The translations under genes were made by a program, and so were the position numbers. The notes beneath the pieces were generated by a model. That model worked only from the letters and a program-made list of their open reading frames with translations. It did not search any database and was not told the origin of the DNA. Of a stretch of DNA of 64,000 nucleotides, positions 12,917 through 27,713 are shown piece after piece. Each line of letters starts with the position of its first letter. The stretch's first letter is position 1. The stretch is from Octopus vulgaris. Taxonomy: Eukaryota. The DNA lies in assembly GCA_951406725.2 (NCBI GenBank), contig OX597836.1, forward strand, positions 7,006,001 to 7,070,000, in the 5' to 3' direction.

Positions 12917-13404
12917 TAGATATAAATATATGTATACATGTATATATTTATATATATACGTATAAGTATATATGCATGTATACATATGTATGTCCACATA
13001 GATATATATGTATGTATATATGTATATTCGAATTTCGGTGGGTGGCAGACGGAAATTCAAACAAGAATAAAAAAAATATTAAAAAAAAAACCTCTCCCTT
13101 CTTCCATCATGGCCGCTGCTTCGAAATGTAAGCCATATTATCTCGAAGCCTGTTGACACGTTTGATGTGTTATTTCGAAGTATCTGATGAAATGACAGTT
13201 ATCAGAAACACGTCACACGCCACCCAAAATGATATTCCTTCACTTCCTCCTCCTCCGCCTGCCACCACCACTCCTTTTGCTTCTCAATCATCATTGACAA
13301 GGAATCACTAATAGATTTTTACTCCTGTCAACCGGAATTTGGGGTTTTTTATTTGAATTTTTCCTTTGAATTTTTACACATATATATATTTATTTTTGAA
13401 TATA

Positions 13405-13414
13405 TTTATTATTA

Positions 13415-13473
<59 letters not shown>

Positions 13474-13541
13474 TATTATTATTATTATTATTATTACAAT
13501 TATTATTATTATTATTACTATTATTATTATTATTATTATTA

Positions 13542-13593
<52 letters not shown>

Positions 13594-13594
13594 A

Positions 13595-13635
<41 letters not shown>

Positions 13636-13644
13636 CATTATTTA

Positions 13645-13678
<34 letters not shown>

Positions 13679-13708
13679 AATTATTATTATTATTACTATT
13701 ATTATTAA

Positions 13709-13741
<33 letters not shown>

Positions 13742-13743
13742 CA

Positions 13744-13796
<53 letters not shown>

Positions 13797-13822
13797 AATT
13801 ATTATTATTATTATTACTATTA

Positions 13823-13859
<37 letters not shown>

Positions 13860-13868
13860 CATTATTTA

Positions 13869-13926
<58 letters not shown>

Positions 13927-13930
13927 TTTT
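13405..13930. repeat. Long (TAT)n array with phase shifts, ending in (TATT)n
   Basis: Read directly. Confidence 0.97.
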
Positions 13931-14690
13931 GTCATATTTTCTGTTAATGGAATCAAACCTGTAATATGGAATTCAAATTTCCCCTTTTAATTCTTTTATT
14001 ATTGTTTTTTTTTTATATTCGTGGATTTCTTCCTCTTCATCGCCGCCACTTATCTTTTTCCGTTTTTTTTTTATTCCTTTCTTTCTTCGTTCTCTTTATC
14101 TTGTTCTCATCCTCATCATCCTCGTCGTCATCATCATCATCATCATCGTCATCATCATTGTTATCATCACCATGGACATTAGGAGCAGCAGCATCTTTCA
14201 TTTCTTTCTCTTTTTTTTTGTGTTCTTTCATAATTGTCATATCATCATCATCATCATCATCATCAATATCATGAATGTAGGTTGACATCATGGTTAAAGT
14301 ATGAAAATGAATGCATTATATAGGCGTGTATGTATGTGAGCATGCATGTATGTATATATATATATATATATATATTTACTTTCATGTGTGTATATATATA
14401 TATATATATACATTTATACATATATATACATATGCATTTATACATATATACATATACATACATATACATATATACGTATACATATATACATATACATATA
14501 TACATATTTATGTATTTATTTACTTGTGTACATTTATGAATATATATCTATGTATGTACATATATTTGTGTTTGCGTGTGTGTTCGTGCGTGTGGTGGTC
14601 GGGGGGTATTGTATATACGCCGCATAATTCGGGAAACCGACCTTATGAACGCATAAATCGGGAAGATGCCATGACAATACACAAACACAA

Positions 14691-14735
<45 letters not shown>

Positions 14736-14987
14736 TAAATGTAGGGACAAACAAGATATGCAAAAAAAAAATTAAATACACTGAATACAAAAAAATGTAC
14801 ATATGTATATATATATAAAAAATACACAGAATAGAAATGATATCAGGTATTAAGTGGGGGGAACGAGTAGAAGTTTTACGAGTCCAACTTGCCTAAATTG
14901 CTTGTCCTTACATTTGCTCCTTTACCTGCTCAAGTTCAAATCTCTTGAGCACTACGAAGGGTGTTCTATACAGAGAATACCTATCTC

Positions 14988-15032
<45 letters not shown>

Positions 15033-15379
15033 GCTATATATATATATATATATCGATAGATGAATGAATTATCCTATGTTTGCCGTCAACATGGAAAATT
15101 CGATGAACCAGGGTAGCAAATTCACGTCAGAAACACGGTTGAAGCGACCTGTCCAAGGGTAGAAACTCCGGGTTCATGTGCAGAAATTTGTGTGTTGTAT
15201 ATGAATAAATGAAAGAATGGAGTTGAACGAAGATGTTAACAAACTTCCTTTACTCTCGACATATGTTGTGAAGACAACATGGTTTTATTCCAAAGGAATA
15301 AACGGTGCAAGATGCAATCTTCTCATCCGGAAAGAAAGGGACCCTCTCTCAACAACAAGACAAAACAAAAATATATTTA

Positions 15380-15417
<38 letters not shown>

Positions 15418-16502
15418 GGATCGGTTCTCACTCCTTGAATTTGTTTATATTACTTAATTTTTAGAAGTAACCAGATTTTAAGTTACTTAAGTAAGGATTA
15501 TAATTCGTATATTACGGAAGGGAGAACTTGGTAAATAAAAAAAAAACCTTAGCTATGATGAGATTTATATAATTCTTGGCTTTTTTGGGTTTTTTAATTA
15601 CTTTTCTTGTTATATCATATTATATTCATAGTATATTATGTTATATTATAATATAAACAAATTATTGGATTGTCAATTGTATCTATTTAATTTATTGTTT
15701 GTAATTTGCATCATACCCATATTTATGTGGTATTCGACTGACGCACCAGTGAATTCGATGTTTTACACTTCACTGGAGTAGATAGACAGCCGACAACTGA
15801 TGAAGGGTCGTTACTTGTCCTGTTTTCCATTTGTTTCTCTCGTTCTTTGCGTATTGAACTCATTTGTTTTCGTATTTCAAGAGAACGAAGAAAGAAAGGA
15901 ATATTTCATATTCCATTTGGCAAATGGAACAAGTTGATGACTCGGTTTGCTTGAGTGATTGCAGATCATTCACTGAATGTAAGTTGTATTTGGTTTCTTG
16001 AATTCTTCAAGATTCTTCTAGTATCAACTCAAGCCCTACCGACACCCAAATACAATCTAACTCTCGCTCTCTTTCTCACCCTCTCTCATTCTCTTTCTCT
16101 CTATATATATCTATCTATCTATATCTATTTCTCTATTTATCTACAATTACGCACATACACAATTATACACACACAAACACTTTTGTTCACACACGGACAC
16201 ACACAAATATTCATGATTCATTTTGGGGTTTTTTTCCTTCAATTGTTTTTTATTTAATTTTCATTTCATTCCATTTGAATTTCTTGTTCTTTTTAAAGTA
16301 AATATTTTGTTTTTCTCCTATAATTCCAAGCAATGCAATGACTCCAGATTGAGAAACAACTCACTTCCGTTTTCCTTCATATCCCTTTCAACACCCTTAA
16401 GCGATTTGATGAAGAACTCTCGGGAAAGTCTTAGAGTAATCAGGAGAATATGTTTCATGGACAGCTGAACACACACACACATTTATATAACGGAATGAAA
16501 AG

Positions 16503-16596
<94 letters not shown>

Positions 16597-16637
16597 TATA
16601 CATATATATACATACTTTTATATATATATAAGTATGA

Positions 16638-16671
<34 letters not shown>

Positions 16672-17102
16672 TCATACTTATATATATATAGACATACATA
16701 TATATATACATATATATGATTCAACATACATACCACACACGCACGAACACACACATACATGCATGCAAATATGTGTGCATGTATGTTTGTGTGTATGTAT
16801 GTGTGTATGTATTATGCTTACTTGCAAGCATCTTTGAATACATGTATGGTTGTATACACCTATGCTTGTATGTATGCATTTTTGGGTACAAGTTTGAACG
16901 TCTGTGTGTGTGTGTGTGTGTGCGTGCACGCGTGTCTGTGTGACGTAGGAATATATATTGAGAATACATAAAAATATTTTATAGTTTGGTTAAATGAAAT
17001 ATATATAAATCGATAAAAAATATTTGTAATACTCTGAATTAAGTTTCGCATCTAGTTATATGTGTGTGTGTGTGTGTGTGTGTATGTGTGTGTGTTGATG
17101 TA

Positions 17103-17136
<34 letters not shown>

Positions 17137-17169
17137 TAAGTCCGTATGAATGTATGTATAAGTGTGTAG

Positions 17170-17210
<41 letters not shown>

Positions 17211-17346
17211 CATGCGTGTGTGTGTACGTGTTGAGAGGAAGAGAGATATAAAGATGAGAGAGAGTGGGAAGAACAGATAGAATGGAATGAGAATTAATAA
17301 GTAGATTGGAGGACACACATGGCATTGGAGAGAATCAAAATGTGGG

Positions 17347-17443
<97 letters not shown>

Positions 17444-17639
17444 GGTAGAGAGACAGAATGCTAACCATTATTGTAATGTAGTGTTGGTGTCTTTGTTGTT
17501 GGTAGAGACTATGTGGCAGCGATGGTGGTGATGGTGATGGTGGTGGTGATCGTGATGGTGGTGGTGGTGGTGGTGGTGGTCTTTTTTAGTAGTTATGATA
17601 TGCTAGTGTTGTTGCGGTGCCATCTAACCAGACTATTGT

Positions 17640-18500
17640 ATGCATGCATTTTGGAGTGGTTATCTCCTCTTTGACATCAGAGACTGGACAGGGTGGCGCT
17701 GCGAACTGAGATGAGAGACCGTATCTCTTTTATGATATTCCGGTCATCATGCAATGGCTGGTTGTGCTATTCGGCGGCTCAGCGTAAATAAAATATGGGC
17801 TGACAGTGCCAAGATGTGATACGTATGAATACAAGCTCATTACCTGTTCAAATATGCTTCAGGGGTATTCGAACCTGGGAGAAAGCCATCACTGTATTTT
17901 GTCATGGAGAAAAATATCTCGTTGTAGAAAATTAGGTGTAAATACACCGAGTCACCTCACAGCGCTACCCATCCAGATTATGGGATGCATTTCGGTGTGG
18001 TTATCTACTCTTCAGCATCGACTGAACAGTATGTGGTGCTGCGAGCTGACACGAGAGACCGTATCCTGTGATGTGTATAAATGTATAAATACAAACTTGT
18101 TACCTCTTCAACTATAAAAAAAATAATAATAAATGCGCCCTTTTAAAACCTAGCCAGGCTCATGGGTCCGATTTCCCAGTTTCAATGGCGTATGCGTTCC
18201 CCCAGCTGGATGGGACGCCAGTCCATCGCAGTGTTACTCATTTTTGCCAGTTGAGTGGACTGGAGCAACGTGAAATGAAGTGCTTTGCTCAAGAACACAA
18301 CGCGTCGCCCAGTCCAGGAATCGAAACCACAATATTACGATCATGATGCTGGCATCCTAACCACTAAGCCACGCGCCTCCACCTCTTCAGATATGCTTGA
18401 GGCATATTTGAACCCGAGGGGAAGCCCCTAGTTAGCTCACAACGTCCCGTAACCCGACTATTGGAGTGGTTATCTCCTCTTCAGTAACAGAAACTAATTG
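17640..18500. repeat. Old tandemly repeated unit (2-3 degenerate copies), possibly SINE-derived
   Basis: gtggttatct(c/a)ctctt at about 17656, 17996 and 18466; gagagaccgtatc twice; B-box-like ggttcgaatacc on the minus strand. Confidence 0.5.
18111..18380 (-). mobile_element. tRNA-derived SINE, middle type D with tail type 1
   Basis: A and B boxes on the minus strand; 9-bp TSD acctcttca at 18102-18110 and 18381-18389. Confidence 0.88.
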
Positions 18501-19160
18501 ATGGAACCAGGGCGTGTGTGAATGTGCGAGTGTACGTGTGTATGTGTGCCTCTGTATGTGTGTGTTGGAGAGGGAGTGAGGAAGAGAAAGAAACAGAAAG
18601 AGAAAGTATGTTTAATGATTAAAGTATAAAACAAACAAGAAGAGAATAGAAAGAGTGGGAGGAAAGAGGTCATTATTATTATAAAAAAGGGGGTGCAATC
18701 AGAGGAAAGAGACAGTGAGATAGAGACGCTTATTGTAAGAGAGGAGGGGGTTGAAATAGAGAAAAATTAAGAATTTATAGCGAGAGTGTGAGATAAAAAT
18801 AAGAAATACAGAGTTGTTTTTTGTGAGAAAAGATGGAGGAAAATTGGCGTGGGGCGGGGTGGGGAATCATGGAACAAATCGAGGGAAAATGAACGAATAA
18901 ATTATTCTTTTACACATATCAACCAACACGTGTATGGATATGTATGTATATATACGTATGTATCGATAGATATTACGTATGGATGTATGTATGTATATGT
19001 TTATGTATGTATATTTTATATGTGTGTGTACGTGTGTATGCATATGTGACTATGTATCCATATATACACTAATACATGCATTTATGTATGTATGTGTCTG
19101 TATATGTATTTATATATACACCTATATATACATATACATACATATATATATATTTATATA

Positions 19161-19192
<32 letters not shown>

Positions 19193-19253
19193 CATATATA
19201 TATATGTATGTATGTATATATATATATGTATGTATGTATGTATGTATATATAT

Positions 19254-19309
<56 letters not shown>

Positions 19310-20062
19310 GCTTGTTCACAAAGTAAAAATAGTAAAATTTATAGCCATGTCTATTAATATACGTTTATGATGTGTGTATATGTATATACATATTTGCATA
19401 TAGAGGGTGTGTGTGCGTGTTTGTATGTGTGTGTGTGTTCATGGTTGTGAGTGTGTACGCGCGCGCGTGTATATATTTGAAGTTTTTTTACGATGTCTGC
19501 AGCTAACGTTGATAACTAATGATATTAATGGAAATAATAATGCTTACATTATAAAATATATATGCATACATTACTCATATATATGTACATATACACACAC
19601 ATGTGTATGTGTGTGTGTGTGTGTTATACACACGTACACGTGTATCTGTGTGTATATATTTACAGAGGTAATAAATACAAATGTACTTAGCTTCGAGACA
19701 TCTTAATTCAACTATCGAAAATGCCCGATAAAAATAATATTGAAGCATTAAATTAGTCTGAGCTACGACAACATCTACAAGAATAAATCGGAACAGAAAT
19801 TGAAGAACTCCGAATATATCATACAGAGTAGATATGTGTTTATTTCCTTTATTGCAAGACATAACGATTTAAATGTCTCTGTATTTGTTAAGTGTGTTTC
19901 GTCAGCCATTTTTGAGTGAGGCAGAAACAGCGACGAAATATTTTAAAGCGAATGCGCGGCATCAACACGAACTCTTTCGCTGGACGGATGATTCGAGAAA
20001 TAACAATATAGGATTCACTAAATAGTCCTGATTCATATGTGGTAACAATGGAAAGATTAGAT

Positions 20063-20370
20063 CACCATCACCGTGACCGACCAGGCTATCAGATGTCGCT
20101 ACACATCGCTGGTCACAATGCGCTTCGCATTGTTTTAGCCTTCAAATGCCGCCACCCCTCGCTGGCTAAGCGACCAGGCCAACAGAAGAAAGAGTGAGCG
20201 AATGTTGCGGCGAAAGAGTACAGCAGGGATCGCCACCCCCTCCTGCCGGAGCTTCGTGGAGCTTTAGGTGTTTTCGCTCAATAAACACTCACAACGCCTG
20301 GTCTGGGAATCGAAACTGCGATCCTACAACCGCGAGTCCGCTGCCCTAACCACTGGGCCATTGCGCCTCC
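20063..20370 (-). mobile_element. SINE family C, tail type 3 (RTE-like)
   Basis: Family C head; TSD ggaaa(g/a)attagat at 20050-20062 and 20371-20383. Confidence 0.88.
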
Positions 20371-20566
20371 GGAAAAATTAGATACAGGCATAAAATGATT
20401 GTTTTCGATTAAACTTATATGTCAGGTATTGTTTAGTGTAACCATGAGATTTGTGAATTAATAAAACTGTATATTACGTTGAGTCTGGGGAGAGCCATAT
20501 TGTTTTAACGCCTTATCTGACACATTGTTGTGACATAATTTGATAACCAGACAGCAGTAATAACAA

Positions 20567-20814
20567 TGTAACGAACTAAGAACTCTCTTTACGAACCATC
20601 AACTCTTTTAACGAACCAACAACTCTCTTTACGAACCAACAATCAATATTCCTTGTAAACTAACCGACCGACACCTTCCGACTTCACTGAGAACTAACAC
20701 GAACTTCACTCGACTCCGAACTCTGAAATCTAAACTCACTCGGATCGTTACCATTTATACTTTATTCGTACCAGTCTATCCCCCGCAAGGGGCGTCGTAA
20801 CTCTCATCGCAACA
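20567..20814. mobile_element. Possible solo LTR
   Basis: TGTAACGA...TCGCAACA termini and an internal 20-bp repeat x3; no clear TSD. Confidence 0.35.
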
Positions 20815-21148
20815 CACACACACCGGTTCGGTTTCCACTCATTCCTCATTTATATTTTCCTTCCAAAATTGTCCTTGCTTTTGCAACCTTGTCAATGGAT
20901 TCAACACAGGAGTTCACATAAAGAATCTTGCAAGCCAGATACAAAACGAAGTAAAAATACATATCTTATACTTTCTTCAGAAGAGGCTGCTTTTCACAAA
21001 GTTCGATTTTTACTGTGATGATGGATTATTTATTTAGCGACTATAACTGGCTTTACAATAGATGCTGTTAGCTAAGGTTTCAGCATTATAATCATTGGAT
21101 TGGGAGACATATTCACACATATATAACTAGATGTAAATATGCATATAC

Positions 21149-21204
<56 letters not shown>

Positions 21205-21205
<1 letters not shown>

Positions 21206-21405
21206 GTTAATCCAAACAAGAAAGCACAAAAAAACACAACAACGCGAGGAAGTGGAACAAATATAGTATTATTGGACGCTCAGGAAAGAAGGAAAGAAGG
21301 AGGGTTCAATGTTTCGAGCGGAGCTCTTCGTCGGAAACATAGGAGAAGGAAAGATCCAGAGAAGGGAAGACAGAGGAAAAAAATCGCCAACGGTACACAC
21401 GCGGC

Positions 21406-21408
<3 letters not shown>
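21205..21408 (-). mobile_element. Penelope-like terminal repeat with hammerhead variant (CCGACGA core)
   Basis: Reverse complement of the 12586-12786 unit. Confidence 0.7.
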
Positions 21409-21455
<47 letters not shown>

Positions 21456-21464
21456 CATAGGCTC

Positions 21465-21506
<42 letters not shown>

Positions 21507-22123
21507 ATCAAATATATCTAAAGTGTAAAGGACAATAATATTTAAATTATGAAATCGAGTGATCTACTGTAGAATACGTATTTCCAGATTTTTTAAATTA
21601 TCATTAGTAGGAAGTATGGCAATTCAATAAACAATGTCTAACATAGTTTCAGATATTTTTTTTTTTTATTTTGCGAACAAATCAAATCTCCATGTACAGT
21701 TGACAATGATATTTCGATATGTTCCAAAAAACATTCTGCTCGTATCCTGTCATATTGCTTCCTTTCTTCGATCATTTCAATAATCATTTACATGAAAATC
21801 AAAGTAGTGACTGAAAAAGTTTCAGCTCCGAAGTGAATATTCAAACTAGTTTCTTTGCTGATAATATTTCTCTCATTTATAAACACAAAAGTACAACATG
21901 TATCACGCAAAGAGGCAAAGACATACTTAGTTATAGGATTGTATGGATGTTAGTGAATGTATGTATGATTGTATAAGAATGCACGTGACTATGGGTATCG
22001 TTAATGTAAAAAGTGATACTCTGAGACAATAATTTTCGCACACCGCAATGATGTATAGATAGATTTAAACACATTTATATATGCGTAGCTACATATATGT
22101 GTGTGTGTGTGAGTATGTATGTA

Positions 22124-22214
<91 letters not shown>

Positions 22215-22260
22215 GTTTCATAAATATATGTGGGTATGTGGGTGTATGGGTTTATGTATA

Positions 22261-22296
<36 letters not shown>

Positions 22297-22512
22297 TGTA
22301 TGTATGTATGTATTATGTATGTATGTATTTATCCCTACATAGAGACTCATTAAAATAAACATATTCATCGGAACACATACACATACGCAAAGAAATATAT
22401 ATTCATACAGACAGACATATTCACACATATATAAATAGATGTAAATATACATATACATACACACACACACACACATATATATATATTTATTTACATAGGC
22501 TCCTATCTCTCT

Positions 22513-22558
<46 letters not shown>

Positions 22559-23048
22559 TCTCCGACTCAGTGTTCGATTAGTTATAAACACGGTTCCCAT
22601 CTGAGACACTTCACGTTGTAACCTCCCATCTCTTTCAAGAAATATAAAGATATTTATTCTAAACCCATCACCGAGGCTGATATCTCGCCTCTTTCTGTCA
22701 ACGATGATAAATATCCAACGGCGTCTATTGAAGATACCATATATAACGATGCTTAAAACTTGCTGTCACAGTCGTATCGATCTCAGAATCAACTGAAGAT
22801 GGTGTTTGTAAATATAAGGGTTCGTTGTTGCTATTGTTTAGTTGAGAAAAAAGGAAACATTGTCACAGAAAAAGCTTTTAGTGAAGGGGCGTCTGTTGAA
22901 ATACAGGTAGGGATGTTTTGACTGAGTGGGTACCAAATTATTTCTTTCCATCTATCAATCTATCCGCCGATCTGTCAGTCTATATGTCTAGCATCTATCT
23001 ATCTGTTTGTCTATCTATCTATCCAGCCATCTATCTATCTATTTCTAT

Positions 23049-23079
<31 letters not shown>

Positions 23080-23304
23080 CACGGATATATATATGCATAT
23101 ATCCATATATATGTATATACATATATATACATATATATATATATATACATTTACAAACACACCTGTCCATCCATCCATCCACCTACCTATCTATTTATCC
23201 ATCTATCTATTAATCTATCTCTTTGTCCCTCTGTTTATCTATCTAAATACACATCAATATATATATATATATATACACACATATATATGTATATATATAT
23301 ATAT

Positions 23305-23354
<50 letters not shown>

Positions 23355-23454
23355 CACACATACTCACGCACATATACAAGCAGACAAAGAGGTATTTATA
23401 TCTACATATTTATCTCTATATATCGCTATAGATCTTTCTCGCTCTCTTTCTGCC

Positions 23455-23540
<86 letters not shown>

Positions 23541-23629
23541 CTCAGTGTACATCGTCAGTTATCTCATATATTATTATATTACATCATGTACATCATACAG
23601 CCGATAAAGGCTATATTTTTTTATATTTA

Positions 23630-23668
<39 letters not shown>

Positions 23669-23694
23669 CTACATACATGTTTATATATAAATAA

Positions 23695-23740
<46 letters not shown>

Positions 23741-23757
23741 GTATGTAGATATATATG

Positions 23758-23816
<59 letters not shown>

Positions 23817-23964
23817 TAAATTAGAGATAAAACCACTATTAGGTATATATATATATATATATATATTTATTCTCAAAGAGTTAAGATTGAGAAAAGAACA
23901 TTTTTAGAAAGTTGAAAAGCACTAACCTTTAGGAAGAGATTTCGCAAAATAAGTGTAGCTTTTG

Positions 23965-24858
23965 GTGGAGTGGTTGTGTGGTAAGAAGCTTGCTTACCAT
24001 CCACATACTTCCGGGTTCAGTCCCACTGCTTGTACTTAGTTTCGGGCCGACCAAAAAAAATATATATATATTACAACCTTTTGTTTTCCTTCTTTCAGTT
24101 ATTGAACAGCGGCCATGCTGGGGCACGGCTTTGAAGAATTATTTATTCGAATGAATCTACCACAGTACCTATTTGTTGTTAAGTCTGATACCTATTCTGT
24201 CGGTCTATATTGCCGAAGCGCAAGATTGCGGGGACGCAAACACGCCAACACCGGCCGTCTAGCGGTGGTTTTGGGATAAAAACAAACACACACACATACT
24301 ATATAGGTTTGGTGATGCAAACGGGTAAAACAGAACTCAAAATATGAGAGTATGTACATTTTTATTCATATCTAAGAGAAGTAAAGGTGGCGCTCGAACG
24401 AAATTCACGTCTGCTGAGTCACTAAGTTGCTTGCCGTAATTATAAATATGTATGTCGCTGTGTGGTAAGTAGTTTGCTTACCAACCACATGGTTCCGAGT
24501 TCAGTCCCACTGCGTGACACCTTGGGTAACTGCCGTCTACTATAGCCTCGGGCCGACAAAAGCCTTGTGAGTGGATTTGGTAGACGGAAACTGAAAGACC
24601 GTCGTATATATATATATATATATGTATATGTTTGTATGTGTATATGTTTATGTTTCTGTGTTTGTCTCCCCAACATCGCTTGAAAACCGATGCTGGTGTG
24701 TTTACGTCCCCGTAACCTAGAGGTTCGGCAAAAGATAATATAGAATAAGTACTAGGCTTACAAAGAATAGATCCTGTGGTCGATTTACTCGACTAAAGGC
24801 GGTGCTCCAGTATGGCCACAGTCAAATGACTGAAACAAATAAAAGAATAAAAGAAAAA

Positions 24859-24901
<43 letters not shown>

Positions 24902-25080
24902 TGTGTGTGTGTGTGTGTGTGTTTGTGCGTGTGTGCATATATATATTGCGGGCTTCTTCCACTTTCCGTTTACCAAATCCACACAGAAAGCTTTGGTCGG
25001 CATATGAAGCTAGAGCAGAAAACACGCCAGGTGTCACATGGTGGGACTGAACCCTGAACCTTGTTGTTAGGGAGTAACCT
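23965..25080. mobile_element. Cluster of SINE family B pieces: + 23965-24052, - 24075-24270, + full copy 24455-24858, - 24950-25080
   Basis: Similarity to the 50855-51270 copy. Confidence 0.8.
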
Positions 25081-25218
25081 TGCATATGAAAAATATAATT
25101 TTTATCAGCTGTATAATGTATATGATGTGACACAAAATTATATATAAATATATCATGTAACATAATATATATTACATGTTATATATATAAATATATATAT
25201 GTGTGTATGTGTATGTAT

Positions 25219-25299
<81 letters not shown>

Positions 25300-25351
25300 T
25301 ATACATATATATATATACATATATATATATACATGTATATACATATATATG

Positions 25352-25385
<34 letters not shown>

Positions 25386-25839
25386 ATTATATATATGTAC
25401 ATATAATATATGTATGTATATACGTATGTATGTATGTGTGTAAGTATGTATTTATGTATGTAAATGTATGTATGTTTTGTATGTGGGTGCGCCTGTGAAT
25501 GTGTATAATATTTATATATATATATATATCTATGCTATCTTTACAAACATGCTTATATATCATTATCTGTCCATATGCTTATCAATTGATATACATTTAC
25601 GTGTTTCTACGTGGACGTCAATAGCGTATCTGGACGTTTGTCATCCTCTCTATTTATCAATCTGTCAGTCTATATAAGTTTGTTTTGTTCTTGTTCTTGT
25701 GGTTGTTGTTGTTTAAGCATACATAACACTCATTTCTCTAGTGATACGATCAAAGCATTTTGCAATATTACAAGAAATACGAAATAATACATTACGTAAT
25801 TTTAGTCTTTCGTTATATATATATATATATATATATATA

Positions 25840-26062
25840 TACCGGAGTAAACACATAAATGTGAAACAAGGTGGAAAAAAGAGTACTCAAAGAGCAGAGG
25901 TAGAGTAATATGCTTTATTTAAAAGCAACAGGAATATATCAAAAGCTGTTACTCAGAGTTTCACGTTCGTCGGACAGTTTTGTTTAAAAAAACTGTCCGA
26001 CGAACGGGAACGTGAAACTCTGAGTAACAGCTTTTGTCATATTTCTGCTGCTTTTAAATGAA

Positions 26063-26069
<7 letters not shown>
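25840..26069. mobile_element. Penelope-like terminus in palindromic (inverted) arrangement with hammerhead-like cores
   Basis: Inverted arms at 25908-25981 and 25988-26069; related pieces at 28495-28555, 47170-47325 and 55925-55990. Confidence 0.65.
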
Positions 26070-26101
<32 letters not shown>

Positions 26102-26124
26102 CATATATATAAAGAGAAAGAAAT

Positions 26125-26167
<43 letters not shown>

Positions 26168-26306
26168 TCGATTGATAGATAGATTATCTCCGTTCAAATT
26201 CTTTCCATTGAATACATTAAACAAGTGTAGATATATATATATATATATATGTGTATATATGTATATATATATATATATATTGTATATATATATGTATATA
26301 TATATG

Positions 26307-26340
<34 letters not shown>

Positions 26341-26426
26341 ATATATAATATGTATATATATATATATATATATACATACATATATATGCATGTATATATG
26401 TATATATATATATATATGTATACATA

Positions 26427-26536
<110 letters not shown>

Positions 26537-26870
26537 GTATGTATGTATGTATGTATGTATGTATGTATGTATGTATGTATGTATGTATGTATGTTATATA
26601 ATAGCATTTTATTAGCTAAAAGCTTCCGTACGGGAAAAAACATTTTCCGTCGAGGGCTTATATGCCCCATTATTAGCCTATTTTCATTAATCATTCCACT
26701 GTGATCCCTTAGAAGGTTTTAGCTTTTAAAATATTATTATCGTTATTATTGTTGTTATTATTATTATTATTATTATTATTTATTATTATTATTATTATTT
26801 TAAGAACTGTAAAAATCGACGCTTCTTAACAAAACCATCGTAGTGAAAGCACACACACACACAGACATAT

Positions 26871-26901
<31 letters not shown>

Positions 26902-27009
26902 CGTATATATATATATATACGCACACATACACACACAACCATGTATATGTATGTATACACGTATATCGTATATATTTTAATTTGGGGATGATTTAGTCAC
27001 CGGAGTGCG

Positions 27010-27512
<503 letters not shown>

Positions 27513-27522
27513 CTGTCTGTCT

Positions 27523-27602
<80 letters not shown>

Positions 27603-27610
27603 CGATGGGA

Positions 27611-27661
27611 CCAATAGACCAGTCCCGGTTTCGAGCTATTTCTGCTACTCCTCAGTACTAG
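27611..27661 (-). ncRNA. Type I hammerhead ribozyme candidate, complete
   Basis: CUAGUA-CUGAGGA-G(U)AGC agaaaua GCUC-GAAA-CCG ggac UGG-UC-UAUUGG; all three stems can form, GUC cleavage triplet. Confidence 0.65.
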
Positions 27662-27713
27662 AGATGATAGCAGCTCAATTCTGCACGCAAGATATATATA
27701 TATATATATATAT

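Noticed and set aside
14037-14291. Acidic D/E-rich ORF on the minus strand
   Set aside because: Derived from (CAT)n repeats and T-rich sequence
20575-20645. Three 20-bp direct repeats (similar cases at 4869-4942 and 52964-53015)
   Set aside because: No spacers and eukaryotic TE context; not CRISPR
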